Shown piece by piece: positions 20,120 through 29,752 of a stretch of DNA of 64,000 nucleotides; the first letter of the stretch is position 1, and the number at the start of each line of letters is the position of its first letter. The notes beneath the pieces were generated by a model. It made no database searches. It was not told the origin of the DNA and saw only the letters and a program-made list of their open reading frames with translations. The position numbers were made by a program, and so were the translations under genes. Source of the DNA: Chloroflexota bacterium (GTDB taxonomy: Bacteria > Chloroflexota > UBA11872 > VXOZ01); NCBI GenBank assembly GCA_964291655.2, contig OZ219802.1:896001-960000 (forward strand), in the 5' to 3' direction.

Positions 20120-20284
20120 TCCGTCGCTTCTATCCTCTCCGTCTAAGAACGTGTTCGCTAATCTTCTATCAATTAGGATTGGATGCCCGTTCGCCCTGAG
20201 CCTGCCTGTCCTGAGCTTATCGAAGGGTCGGAGGGCATGCATAGCCCGGACAAGTGCCCTACCAAGTCTTCTCGCCGCCAATGG

Positions 20285-20794
20285 CTATTGTGAAGGCTCC
20301 GAACGCTCGCTTAGTCTCATCATGTAGACAATGCTGCGGTTGAGCGGCTCGAACCCTTGCCGCTCGTACATGCGGCGGGCGGGCTCGTAGCAGTCTTCCA
20401 GCCCGGTTGACACTTGAGCAAACTCCATCCCCGCTTCCGCGATGAGTTCCAAAACGCGTGCGTCTAGCCGCCCGCCAATACCGTGCCCACGATACTCCGG
20501 CAACACGGCATTGTTGCCCACCGTCCCGATGCGCGTCTCTTCGTTGACGTGATAGGTGGCAAAGCCCACCGCCTTGCCCTCAACTTTGGCAATCACCACG
20601 TTGTTGATGTCAATCGTGCGCATGTCGTCGGCTTTCCACTCGTCCCACGTACGCCCGCCGATGATGCCGTAGCGCTCTTCGCGCCAGCGATTGACGGTAA
20701 CTTCCGCGAACCCGCGCACGATGAGCTCGATGAGCGTCCCGCGGTCTGCCTCAACAGCGCGCCGGATTGTCACGTCTGTCGCACTCATGGTCAT
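20285..20794 (-). CDS. GNAT N-acetyltransferase
   Basis: Motif A AVLPEYRGHGIG; ARRMYERQGF. Confidence 0.9.
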   Translation of the reverse strand: MTMSATDVTIRRAVEADRGTLIELIVRGFAEVTVNRWREERYGIIGGRTWDEWKADDMRTIDINNVVIAKVEGKAVGFATYHVNEETRIGTVGNNAVLPEYRGHGIGGRLDARVLELIAEAGMEFAQVSTGLEDCYEPARRMYERQGFEPLNRSIVYMMRLSERSEPSQ

Positions 20795-21276
20795 GGGGTG
20801 TCCTGTGCGAGCTTTTTCATGTAGCAGATGCTACGGAAATACGGCGTGAATCCCTGCCGCTCGTACATACGGCGGGCGGGCGCGTACGGTTCATCTAGAC
20901 CGGTCGTGACCTGTGCGAACTCCATGCCGGCCTCCTCCAACTGTTTGAGTACACACGCCAGTAGCTGCGCGCCAACGCGCGTCGAGTCATCCAACTCATA
21001 GGTCGCAAAACCGACTGCCTTGCCGGCAACTTCGGCTATCATGACCTTGGAAACGTCAATCGTGCGCATGATGTCGGCTTCCCACTCCTCCCACGGGCGA
21101 CCGCCAATAGCACCAAACTGCTTTTCGCGCCGGCGATTGGTGGTTACGTCCGCAAATGCGCGTACGATGAGATCTGCCAATGTGTCTCGGTCAGCTTCTG
21201 CGGCCAGACGGACTCGACTCTCGACAGCGATCTTCGTGACACCCTGTTTCTCCAAGTACCACTGTCTGTTCACCAT
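20791..21276 (-). CDS. GNAT paralog lacking acetyl-CoA-binding motif A (possible pseudogene)
   Basis: Colinear with the neighbouring GNAT but has a 17-aa in-frame deletion after TRVG. Confidence 0.7.
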   Translation of the reverse strand: MVNRQWYLEKQGVTKIAVESRVRLAAEADRDTLADLIVRAFADVTTNRRREKQFGAIGGRPWEEWEADIMRTIDVSKVMIAEVAGKAVGFATYELDDSTRVGAQLLACVLKQLEEAGMEFAQVTTGLDEPYAPARRMYERQGFTPYFRSICYMKKLAQDTP

Positions 21277-21361
21277 TGATAGATACTTGTCAAGGACAGG
21301 TCATGCATGAGAGACTCAAGACAATTGACGTCTGTCCCCCCTTGCAAGATGTCTCATTGAT

Positions 21362-22471
21362 CTACTTCCTAAAGTCCTTCACCGCCTTGATTAGTTTCAT
21401 CCCGGCGGTCCAAGTAAGTTCCTCTCCTTCAAAGTCTGATCTGTACAATCCTTGAAGATTGGATGGCACAGGGATCCTTCGATCCCACAACAGTACCACA
21501 CGCTCTTTGTACAAGACGAATGCAGCACCGATTTCAATCAAGACATTTTCGTTGAGAGAAAACGACCCATTACTGTCCTTCCTGTTTTCATCAACCGAGA
21601 CGATAATGATTGCTGCTGTACAGTCATGCATTGCGTTGAGCACTTTATGCGGTACAGGTATGGCGGTTGATTCCTCGCCTTCCGCAATCTTTGTCTCAAT
21701 GTCTAGAGTATCAAGAATAGTCTCAACCTGATCGAGGATGTCTTTGTTACTTCCATGAGAAATGAAGACCCGCATCTCTTGTCGGGTAGCTGTAAGAGAT
21801 TCCTCCAAGTTCTCCTCTATGGAAATGTCGGCGTTCTCTGATTGTTCTTCCAAGGGCGCGTCTTCTTGCGCCATTTCGCGCGATGGTGAATCCACCAACA
21901 TCTCCGATTGCTCAGCAGGATCATCTAGTCCAGTCAAGGTCTCAGGTGACCGATTTACAAATTGCGACACCGCATCCATGTCCAGTTCCAAGCGTGTGGA
22001 CTGCCCCCTACGACCTATTTTGTATTCACCTAGACCCGCTCCATCAGCTAAGTGAAAAAAGCAGACGGCGTTATCCTTAATGGTATTCTCTTTCTCCGAA
22101 CCCAGTCCTTCTCGATAGTTCTCGTGCCAAAAACTCGCTATATCCACATTGCTAATGGACTCCAGATCCTGATTGTAGGCCCACTCCAATGCGTAGCTGT
22201 AAAGACGAACCTGCCGCACACACCCCTGTAACACCTCTCGCTCAGTCTCGGGCTTACGAGCCAAACTCCAGCCAATCTCCGTCAGCTTCATTCGATCGTT
22301 TTCTCTGGTTATCAGACCCCAGATCTCATAAGCATTAACTTTCCGAGGGTCCAGAACTTGCTTCTTAACAATTGATTTGGCTTCTTTTATTGATGCGCCC
22401 ATCGGCTTGTTTTTCAAAAACTTCACCAAGTCACGCACATCATCGACTGTGGTTAGTACAGGCAAGGACAT
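21362..22471 (-). CDS. Protein with N-terminal wHTH-like region, acidic linker and C-terminal Cap12-type TIR domain
   Basis: VFISHG...AAIII...NENVLIEIG...VPSNLQG fits the TIR-like nucleotide-binding family; visibly lower GC than its neighbours; AAGGAGG RBS. Confidence 0.82.
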   Translation of the reverse strand: MSLPVLTTVDDVRDLVKFLKNKPMGASIKEAKSIVKKQVLDPRKVNAYEIWGLITRENDRMKLTEIGWSLARKPETEREVLQGCVRQVRLYSYALEWAYNQDLESISNVDIASFWHENYREGLGSEKENTIKDNAVCFFHLADGAGLGEYKIGRRGQSTRLELDMDAVSQFVNRSPETLTGLDDPAEQSEMLVDSPSREMAQEDAPLEEQSENADISIEENLEESLTATRQEMRVFISHGSNKDILDQVETILDTLDIETKIAEGEESTAIPVPHKVLNAMHDCTAAIIIVSVDENRKDSNGSFSLNENVLIEIGAAFVLYKERVVLLWDRRIPVPSNLQGLYRSDFEGEELTWTAGMKLIKAVKDFRK

Positions 22472-22830
22472 AATTGCAGGCCTCCTTCGTCAACTGTCCT
22501 AACTACTTCTTCGCACCACCGTGCTACTAACGCTGTTATTCGACGACTTAACTATACAACAACGTCATAAGAGGCGCAATAGGCAATCGCCTATTTTCCC
22601 CATATATCTATAATAACTCGGGGGTAAGCTAGTGTTTGTACTCGTTCGAACCACAATCAACGCCGAGATTATCTATTGACACTTTGGTCTGTATTTCTCC
22701 ATAAAGCGTGATTAGTGACAATGGAGTGTTGACGATTTTCGCCAGCAAAATCTTGAGAGCACTATAGTGGTTCGTTAAACAGCTAGCAGAAGGGTGAGGG
22801 CTGTGCGTGAATTCCCCACAGCCCGGAATC

Positions 22831-24840
22831 TCACGTGGACGAGACCCAGATCGGACTCGACCAGGCGACATGGCCGTCGGCCTGCGTCGCGCGCAAGTAG
22901 AAGTAAGAGGTCTGATCACCTGTAAGAGGGAGCGTCTTGGCGAGCGTGGCGACGCAATCCGTGGCGGGCTGACTCAAGACGACACTGCCGTTGCAGACCA
23001 AGTCTAAACGAATCAGAGGAGCCGTGCCAAGTACGCGCGCCGTCACCGCTACGTCAGGCGCGGCCGAAGAAAACTCCTCACCCATACCGTGGCCGTCCAC
23101 ACGAAAATCCAGCACAATGCGTGCGCCGGTGGTGGCGTAGCAGCGGCGTTTCCTGAGGGCCTCGATGATTGCCTCGCGGGTGAGTTCCGGCGCAATAATA
23201 GCAGTGAGACCGCCGGTCATGTAGTCGTGAAAGTCAACGCCTGCCATGGAGCAGGTGTTCCTGCCGGGCTGGGCATGGTGGCTGTCGGTGCCGCCCACAA
23301 AGCCGAGGCGGTGTCCCATGGCCAGAGCGTCCTGGGCGGAAGCGCCACCGCCGCCAATCACGGTCGCACCGCCGGGTTCATCCGTCTCGAACGCCCCGCG
23401 GTTTTGCGCTAGCTCCAAGACAGTCTGGTACTTAGGATTGTGGCGCTGCCAGTCCTGCACCTGCCAATTCTGATAGCCACCCTCGGAAGTCACATTGATA
23501 TGGTGCGGTACCACCACGGCGCCAGTACCCTCCAGCGCCGGCCAGATTTCCTCGATTGTGCTGGTCGTTATGCGCTTTCCTTCATCGGGATAGAGAATTA
23601 CCCGATGGCCTGCGCTCGGATCGCTCAATTCGACAGCCACCAGCGGCACGAACTGTCCGGCTGCATGGAACTGCGCAATGATCGCCTGATACTCTTCCCA
23701 GTCGTCCGCCCGTGGCACAGACCAGATGGCCTCGATATTCTGCGGCGGCGGAAACCACGCCACGCCGACGCAGTCGAGACCGGAAACGTCCCGGGCATAG
23801 CGAAACGCCTCGGCATATGTGCCGATACCGTGCGCCATGAAGGGGCCGTGGGGGCGGTGACCGGGATCTAGGGCGCGAGGCGCATGGGTGTGCAGATCGC
23901 CAAAGAAGATGCGGTCGCTGCCAGTTTCAACAACGTCAATCGGATTGCTAACGCCGGATATACCTGCTTCCCACGCCGCGGCCGTAACCGTGATCGGGCC
24001 TGCCGCGTTTCTGGAAACGATGAATGACCCAGTCCGCGCCGTGCCGCCATCGCCCGCCGCAAGGGCGAAAGGCGCAAGTCCACTGATGCCGCCCGGCTTT
24101 GCACCCAGAGCGACTTCTCCTGCGAAGTCCGTACAGACATTGCCATACGCATCTTCAACCCGCACCAGTACTGTGAACTCTTCACCGGCAGCAACCGTGG
24201 CAGGGGCAATCACACCGAGGCGCGCAGGCGGTCCCGCGACGACATCCACAACCGGCAACTCCGGCAGCAGGCGATAGCCTTTCGGATCGCCGCCGGGATA
24301 GCGCGGATTGCTATAGCTGGCATTGCCCAGGACGTCCACGAGCACCTGGAAGTACATCTCGTGCATGGCGACTTCCTGCGCACGTGCACGCTCGAAGAAG
24401 CCCGGTATGAACGATCCGGCATCACCGATCGTCACCGCGATCTCTTGGCCCGGTTGCAGCGCTGCGCCTTCCACCGTCACGAACACACAGGGGAACTGCG
24501 AGTGATGGTACTTGAGAGGATAAGCATTTCGTAAGCTAACCGAAACTCCGCAGCGACCGCTCGTGGTCGCCGTAACGTGGCCGAGACGCCACCGTACGCT
24601 GTGCACGCAGGGCGGCACCACCGCGATGCCCCCACCGGGCGCGATGCCGGCACTTCCCGCCGTATACGTGAGTGTCCACGTGCCAAACGCACCTGCAACG
24701 ACTGGATCGGCCGGACTCAGCGCACACATGCCAAGCTCAGCCTGCAAAGTTGCTTGCGTTTCTTCCGCCGTTACCTGCACACCATGGGTAACACCCTGGT
24801 CTTGAGATGCAGGTGGCGCCGATTTCGTGCTTTTGCTCAC
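22831..24840 (-). CDS. DUF3604 / PHP metallohydrolase with N-terminal Ig-like domains
   Basis: FGDLHTH, PHH, GGTDSH, RRCYATTG and YFYLRATQ..AWSSPIWV. Confidence 0.82.
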   Translation of the reverse strand: MSKSTKSAPPASQDQGVTHGVQVTAEETQATLQAELGMCALSPADPVVAGAFGTWTLTYTAGSAGIAPGGGIAVVPPCVHSVRWRLGHVTATTSGRCGVSVSLRNAYPLKYHHSQFPCVFVTVEGAALQPGQEIAVTIGDAGSFIPGFFERARAQEVAMHEMYFQVLVDVLGNASYSNPRYPGGDPKGYRLLPELPVVDVVAGPPARLGVIAPATVAAGEEFTVLVRVEDAYGNVCTDFAGEVALGAKPGGISGLAPFALAAGDGGTARTGSFIVSRNAAGPITVTAAAWEAGISGVSNPIDVVETGSDRIFFGDLHTHAPRALDPGHRPHGPFMAHGIGTYAEAFRYARDVSGLDCVGVAWFPPPQNIEAIWSVPRADDWEEYQAIIAQFHAAGQFVPLVAVELSDPSAGHRVILYPDEGKRITTSTIEEIWPALEGTGAVVVPHHINVTSEGGYQNWQVQDWQRHNPKYQTVLELAQNRGAFETDEPGGATVIGGGGASAQDALAMGHRLGFVGGTDSHHAQPGRNTCSMAGVDFHDYMTGGLTAIIAPELTREAIIEALRKRRCYATTGARIVLDFRVDGHGMGEEFSSAAPDVAVTARVLGTAPLIRLDLVCNGSVVLSQPATDCVATLAKTLPLTGDQTSYFYLRATQADGHVAWSSPIWVSST

Positions 24841-25068
24841 TATTGCGCTCCTGTGCAGCGAGTGCAGCCCGATGACCTATCGTTATTCCGTAGCGCGGGG
24901 GCTTGTCCCCCGCCTCTTTGCCATCCACCGACCTAGACAACAAACTTTAGGCTCCGGGACTTTCTCGCACTTGCCCAATGGCAAGGCTGGCGCAGGTTAC
25001 AAACCTGCGCTACCGGACTTCTCTCCTTCACGTTGACATTCCCACAATCCCGTTTGGCAGGCAAGATT

Positions 25069-25134
25069 ACCCCCTCGTTCTATGGTGTTACCTATGTGCC
25101 CGAACATGTGTAACCCATGTATCCGGTCTATACA
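25069..25134. mobile_element. Solo end of the IS481-type MITE abutting a REP
   Basis: Matches 6409-6472 and is followed directly by GGGAGAGGGCCGGGGTGAGGGG. Confidence 0.8.
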
Positions 25135-25307
25135 GGGAGAGGGCCGGGGTGAGGGGAAATCCTCACTGCTTCAGCCTATTTCCCCGCTTCCGACACTCAT
25201 TACCCAAGAGTCTCTCACGGGCCAGGTGGTCGCAGGTTGCAAACCTGCGCTACCGGGACTACGTAGCTGGTAATGTGCTACCGTTCCTGTCTCCCACCGA
25301 GGCAATA

Positions 25308-26078
25308 TCACACGCCAAACAGCCGCGCCGCATTTTCGTGAAATAGCTTCTGCTTGACCGCGTCCTCAATCTGCGATTCGGTCTCGATGCTAAGCTTTGC
25401 CGATTCATGGTAGTGCAGCGGTGAGTTGGAGCCAAACAGCACGTGGTCCGGGCCAATGGTGCTACACAGCTTCGCCACGTCGTGGATGGGCCCCTGCACG
25501 CGACTGTTTTCTGCACACAAATTTTCGCGCTTGTCGACGCTCCGCCAAATGCTCGTAACCTCTCCAAATCGCCCGCCAGTGACGAGAAAACGCACCTGCG
25601 GGAAAGCGTTGACGGTCTGCGCAATGTCCCCGGCCCCCACGTCCGGGACTATTACGAGCCGGTGGTGATGCCGCACGTCCTCCAAGCCGATTGCGATCAT
25701 CACAAGCAAGTCGTGTTCGCGCGCGATCTCCAGCAAGCGCAAGTTCTCCTGCCCCAACAGTTCGTAGCCATGGTAATTGGGGTGCAGACGCAGGTTCTTG
25801 GCGCCGAGTTCATCGAGGCATATCTCCAGGTCTTCATCCCATCCCGGATACCCAGGGTTGATAGTGTACGCCGGGATGAAACGGTCCGGATGCGCCTGTG
25901 CAATCTCGTGCAGTTCCCGGTTGCCGACGAGCAGATCTTTAAAGAAGACGTTCTCCAAACGCGAAACCACGGCCTTTTCAATGCCGAGTGAGTCCATCTT
26001 ACGCAGCAGGTTGTCCGGCTGGGAGTGCGGCAGGCGGCGAAACGGCCACTCGCCGACGTAGGCGTTGCTATCAATCAT
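25308..26078 (-). CDS. Amidohydrolase_2-family protein (degenerate N-terminal metal motif)
   Basis: DSNAY in place of DxHxH; LRLHP, LFGSN and NAARLF. Confidence 0.82.
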   Translation of the reverse strand: MIDSNAYVGEWPFRRLPHSQPDNLLRKMDSLGIEKAVVSRLENVFFKDLLVGNRELHEIAQAHPDRFIPAYTINPGYPGWDEDLEICLDELGAKNLRLHPNYHGYELLGQENLRLLEIAREHDLLVMIAIGLEDVRHHHRLVIVPDVGAGDIAQTVNAFPQVRFLVTGGRFGEVTSIWRSVDKRENLCAENSRVQGPIHDVAKLCSTIGPDHVLFGSNSPLHYHESAKLSIETESQIEDAVKQKLFHENAARLFGV

Positions 26079-26139
26079 GTCGCATCATCCCTCGCTTCAC
26101 GAGTCTAACTCCCTCTCCGGTGGGAGAGGCAAACGCCGC

Positions 26140-26393
26140 CTAGTGGTTCGACACGATTGTATTGATGGGTAGCGCAGTCCCTTCGACAGAGCCTGTACTG
26201 AGCCTGCCGAAGTGCTCAGGACACGTTTGCAACCTCGCATCACGTACGGGGCAGGCTCTGCGCAATCTTGCCGTAGCGCGGGGCGAGCACACCGAACCGA
26301 AATGCTGGGCACAGGTTGCAAACCTGTGCTACCGGAGTTCCTACCCATCCACCGGTGCTCCTACCCATCACTGCAAAGATGTCGAACCACTAG
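26140..26393. mobile_element. CTAG/TA-ended composite MITE (254 bp)
   Basis: TIRs CTAGTGGTTCGACA..TGATGGGTAG / CTACCCATCA..TGTCGAACCACTAG; carries three REP-type hairpins. Confidence 0.85.
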
Positions 26394-27175
26394 GTTCCAT
26401 GCCGCGTCGTCTTGCACTGCACCAATACACGCGCCATGTTCCCGTAGAGAATCTTCTCTTTGTCCTTACTCGACAGCCGTGTGCCGATCACTTTCGCAAG
26501 CTGTGACGGGAACGAGCGACCGGGCATATCGGTACCGAAGATCACGCGCTCCGCACCTACGTGGTCCACCAGAATGTGCACCCCCGCCGCATTGCACTCG
26601 TTGCCGGCAATATCGAGCAGGGCGTTTGGCGTACTGCGAAAGACTTTGGCGCCGTACTCGTAGTCACCACCGGCGTGGGCCGCGATGATGGTGGCCTGCG
26701 GATGCCGACGGGCAAGATCCGCCACCATCTCCGGCGGCGATTCGCCATAGCCCAGGCCGCCCGCCTTTAGCCACGTGTGCTGCAAGGCCGGCACGCGGTA
26801 TTGGGCGCAGATTTCCACCAGTCGGTCAACGCGCGGATCGTCGCACGGCACCGCGTGCCACAGCTTTAGTCCCACAAAACCTTGCGTATCAAGCCGCCTC
26901 TCCAATTCAGCCGCCGCGGCATCAGCATGGTAGGGATTTACATAGCAAAAACCGCGCACACGCTCAGGATAGCGCTGCATGAGCTCGTACGTTTCGTCAT
27001 TGGACCGTGCGCAGAACCCCGCAGTCGGAAACGAGTAGCGGGAAGCGTCTGCCACCGGACGAATGGCATACGTCACGAGCACAGCATCGAATTGCTCCGC
27101 TATCGCGATCTGTTCCGCAAAGTCGTCCAATGACTTGCCGACGTCGGTGTGGACATGCACGTCGATGATTGGCAT
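26390..27175 (-). CDS. Amidohydrolase_2-family protein
   Basis: DVHVH, GLKL, QH, AAHAGG and FGTDMP. Confidence 0.9.
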   Translation of the reverse strand: MPIIDVHVHTDVGKSLDDFAEQIAIAEQFDAVLVTYAIRPVADASRYSFPTAGFCARSNDETYELMQRYPERVRGFCYVNPYHADAAAAELERRLDTQGFVGLKLWHAVPCDDPRVDRLVEICAQYRVPALQHTWLKAGGLGYGESPPEMVADLARRHPQATIIAAHAGGDYEYGAKVFRSTPNALLDIAGNECNAAGVHILVDHVGAERVIFGTDMPGRSFPSQLAKVIGTRLSSKDKEKILYGNMARVLVQCKTTRHGT

Positions 27176-27333
27176 TAGAGTATTCCGACTTAGACCCCTA
27201 CATTTGCTCTCTATGTCATTTCGAGCGCAGCGAGAAATCTAGAGTACTTGAGCTCTTTTCACGACCTTCTGCTTGGCGAATTGCCAGGCTGACTGGCTGC
27301 ATTCTCGTGGTAGAGAACCCCACAGTACCAAGG

Positions 27334-28134
27334 TTAACTATACGCTGCAAAGTACGATGGATCACCAATCGTCTTTGAATCCGCCAGGACGCGCGCCATA
27401 TTGCCAAAGAGAATCTTCTCTTTGTCCGCTTCCGACAAGTCAGTACCTAGCACCTTGGCCAGTTGCGAAGTAAATGATCTGCCGGGCATGTCGGTACCAA
27501 AGATCACACGGTCGGCGCCGACGTGATTCACCAGAATTTCCACATAGCCCGCGTTGCACTCGTTGCCGCCGATATCGAGCAAGACGTTCTCGCGCGAGCG
27601 AAAGACCTTCGCCCCATATTCGTAGTCGCCGCCGGCATGAGCCGCGATGATCGTCGTGCGCGGATGGCGCTCGGCCAGCGCGGCCACCATAGCTGGCGGC
27701 GATTCCCCCGTCTTCTGTCCGTTCACCTTCTGCCACGTGTGCTGGAGCGCAGGCACGCGGTAGTGGGCGCAGATTTCCATGAGTTCATCGAGACGCGGGT
27801 CAATGCACGGCACCGCCACCCACAGCTTGAGGCCCACGAAGTGCTGCTCTCGCAGCCGAAAATCGAGTTCCTCGCATGCCTCCTGCGCGTGACCGGGATT
27901 GACGTAGGCAAACCCGTGCACGCGGTCAGGATAGCGCTCCATCAAAACGCGCGTCTGATCGTTGCAGGCGCGGATGTTCTCCGGCGACGGGTACTCATGG
28001 TTGTTTGCGGCCGTGACCGGGCGGACGGAATACGTGACGAGTTGCACGTCGAATTGCTCGGCAATGGCAATCAAATCGGCAAAGTCGTCCAGTCGGCGAG
28101 ATACGTGCGGGTGCACGTGGACATCAATAATCAC
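27334..28134 (-). CDS. Amidohydrolase_2-family protein (close paralog of 26390-27175)
   Basis: DVHVH, AAHAGGDYEYGAKVFRS and FGTDMPGRSF shared with its neighbour. Confidence 0.9.
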   Translation of the reverse strand: MIIDVHVHPHVSRRLDDFADLIAIAEQFDVQLVTYSVRPVTAANNHEYPSPENIRACNDQTRVLMERYPDRVHGFAYVNPGHAQEACEELDFRLREQHFVGLKLWVAVPCIDPRLDELMEICAHYRVPALQHTWQKVNGQKTGESPPAMVAALAERHPRTTIIAAHAGGDYEYGAKVFRSRENVLLDIGGNECNAGYVEILVNHVGADRVIFGTDMPGRSFTSQLAKVLGTDLSEADKEKILFGNMARVLADSKTIGDPSYFAAYS

Positions 28135-28324
28135 GGCACTTGCGCTTTCTCACGTCTTGCATACCGGGCTGCTGCGTATCCAGACACTTGCACAGGCCAA
28201 TTGTCGCCCGAAGTACTCAATAGTCGCTCCACGCCGCGGTCCCGGGCAGCCGGGCCGAGAGCATGGCTTTACACGAGTGTCGTGTTGGCTAAGCGGCTAC
28301 CGCCGCTTAGCCAACTCACGCGCT

Positions 28325-29752
28325 CTACCAGCCGCCCACAAGCTCCTGCCACTTGGCGATGATATTGTTCCACTCCTGATCGACGTTTGCCAGGCCCTCT
28401 TGGATGGTAATGTTGCCTGCCATGACGTCGGGCAAGAATTGTGACAGGGCCGTACGCATCTCGTCGGCGCCGGGAATTGGCAACGAGTGGGACGCGCGGA
28501 ACGGAATCTGGTAGCTTTGGTGCTCGAGGAACGGGTCGCCCTCGGTGAACTCCGACGAATTGGCGACCGAAAGCCGAATCGGCACGCGGTCCCACGCCTT
28601 TGCCCAGCGGAGGTTGTTCTCGGGTCGGGACACAAACTCGATCCAGGCAAAGGCCTCTTCGGGCACGGTCGTCCATGACGACATGATCCAGATGTGGTGC
28701 CCGCTCCAACTTACCTGCCGTACCGCGTTGGGCGGTTTCGGATGCTCGATGATACTGAACTCAAAACTTTCATCGATGGGGTAGATTTCCGCCTTGCGCG
28801 TTGAGTACGTCGCGTACATCGTGGCGGTAAAGTCGTTGACGAGGGCGGCGCCCCGCGGCGAACCGGAGGGCCGAGCCGTCTGATTGAGCGTGGCAAGGGC
28901 GTCCCACCCGCCTTGCAGGTCGTTAATTTTCTTGACCCACGTGAGCGCTTCAATCCCTTCCGGGCTATTGAGCGCCGCTTTGCTCAGGTCGTCGCTGACT
29001 CGCTGCCCGCCAAGTTGCAAGAGCGGTGTAATCCACTGGTACCTGCCGCCGCTGCCCCATTCGGGCGGGAACCCGGCAACCACCAGATTACCGGCCGTGT
29101 CCTTGCGCATGGTCTTCTGGACAACCGCTTCCAGGTCGTCCCAAGATTCGGGGCCGTTATCCGGGTCCAGACCGTTCTCCAAGAAGATGCCGTCGTGCAT
29201 GTAGAGCACACGAAGGTCGGGGCCATACGGAAAGCCGTAAAGTTGACCGTCCTTGCTCCAGACCATGTTCTCGGTCAGGCTTGTCCAAATGTCCTCCATG
29301 TCGATGTTGGAGCTCTTGACGACGTCGTTGAGGCCCCGCGCCTGGCCGAGCGCGCCCAACTCGATGGCGTGCCACTCGCCCCAGGAACTGAGATCATGTG
29401 GTGAGTTGGCGGCAAACGCCGTGCGAAACGCGGCGTACCGTTCGCTCGAACTCGTCGACGGCGGATTAACGTCAAACTCGATATCGGGATGCTCTGCGCG
29501 GAACTCAGCGACCAGTTCGGCGGAAACACCCTCTGCTTCCTGGAATTTGAAGTAGGGATGCGTGGCAAACAAGACGTACACGGTCTCCTTTTCAGGAGGC
29601 GCGGCCTCTGCCTGCGGCGCTTCCGCTTGCTCTTCCTCAGCCATGGTTGCTGCGGGCACAGCACCACAGGCGGCAAGACCCAAGACCGCCAGCGTGCTAC
29701 CAAGCCCTGCCATGGTCATGCGGCGTGAAATTCTTGTCGAATTTGGACTCAT
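28325..29752 (-). CDS. Extracellular solute-binding protein (carbohydrate ABC family), Tat/lipoprotein
   Basis: SRR twin-arginine motif, LAAC lipobox, G.LYGFPY..D..VLY and P.SWDDL motifs. Confidence 0.88.
   Translation of the reverse strand: MSPNSTRISRRMTMAGLGSTLAVLGLAACGAVPAATMAEEEQAEAPQAEAAPPEKETVYVLFATHPYFKFQEAEGVSAELVAEFRAEHPDIEFDVNPPSTSSSERYAAFRTAFAANSPHDLSSWGEWHAIELGALGQARGLNDVVKSSNIDMEDIWTSLTENMVWSKDGQLYGFPYGPDLRVLYMHDGIFLENGLDPDNGPESWDDLEAVVQKTMRKDTAGNLVVAGFPPEWGSGGRYQWITPLLQLGGQRVSDDLSKAALNSPEGIEALTWVKKINDLQGGWDALATLNQTARPSGSPRGAALVNDFTATMYATYSTRKAEIYPIDESFEFSIIEHPKPPNAVRQVSWSGHHIWIMSSWTTVPEEAFAWIEFVSRPENNLRWAKAWDRVPIRLSVANSSEFTEGDPFLEHQSYQIPFRASHSLPIPGADEMRTALSQFLPDVMAGNITIQEGLANVDQEWNNIIAKWQELVGGW

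Noticed and set aside
20120-20281. N-terminal extension of the DUF3604 ORF
   Set aside because: It runs through a REP (PFDKLRTG). An RBS-supported ATG at 20119 is more plausible.
22495-22550. Integron cassette (attC) context for the TIR gene: GTTAG motifs upstream on the minus strand
   Set aside because: No matching RYYYAAC or attC hairpin after the stop codon, and no integrase in the window.
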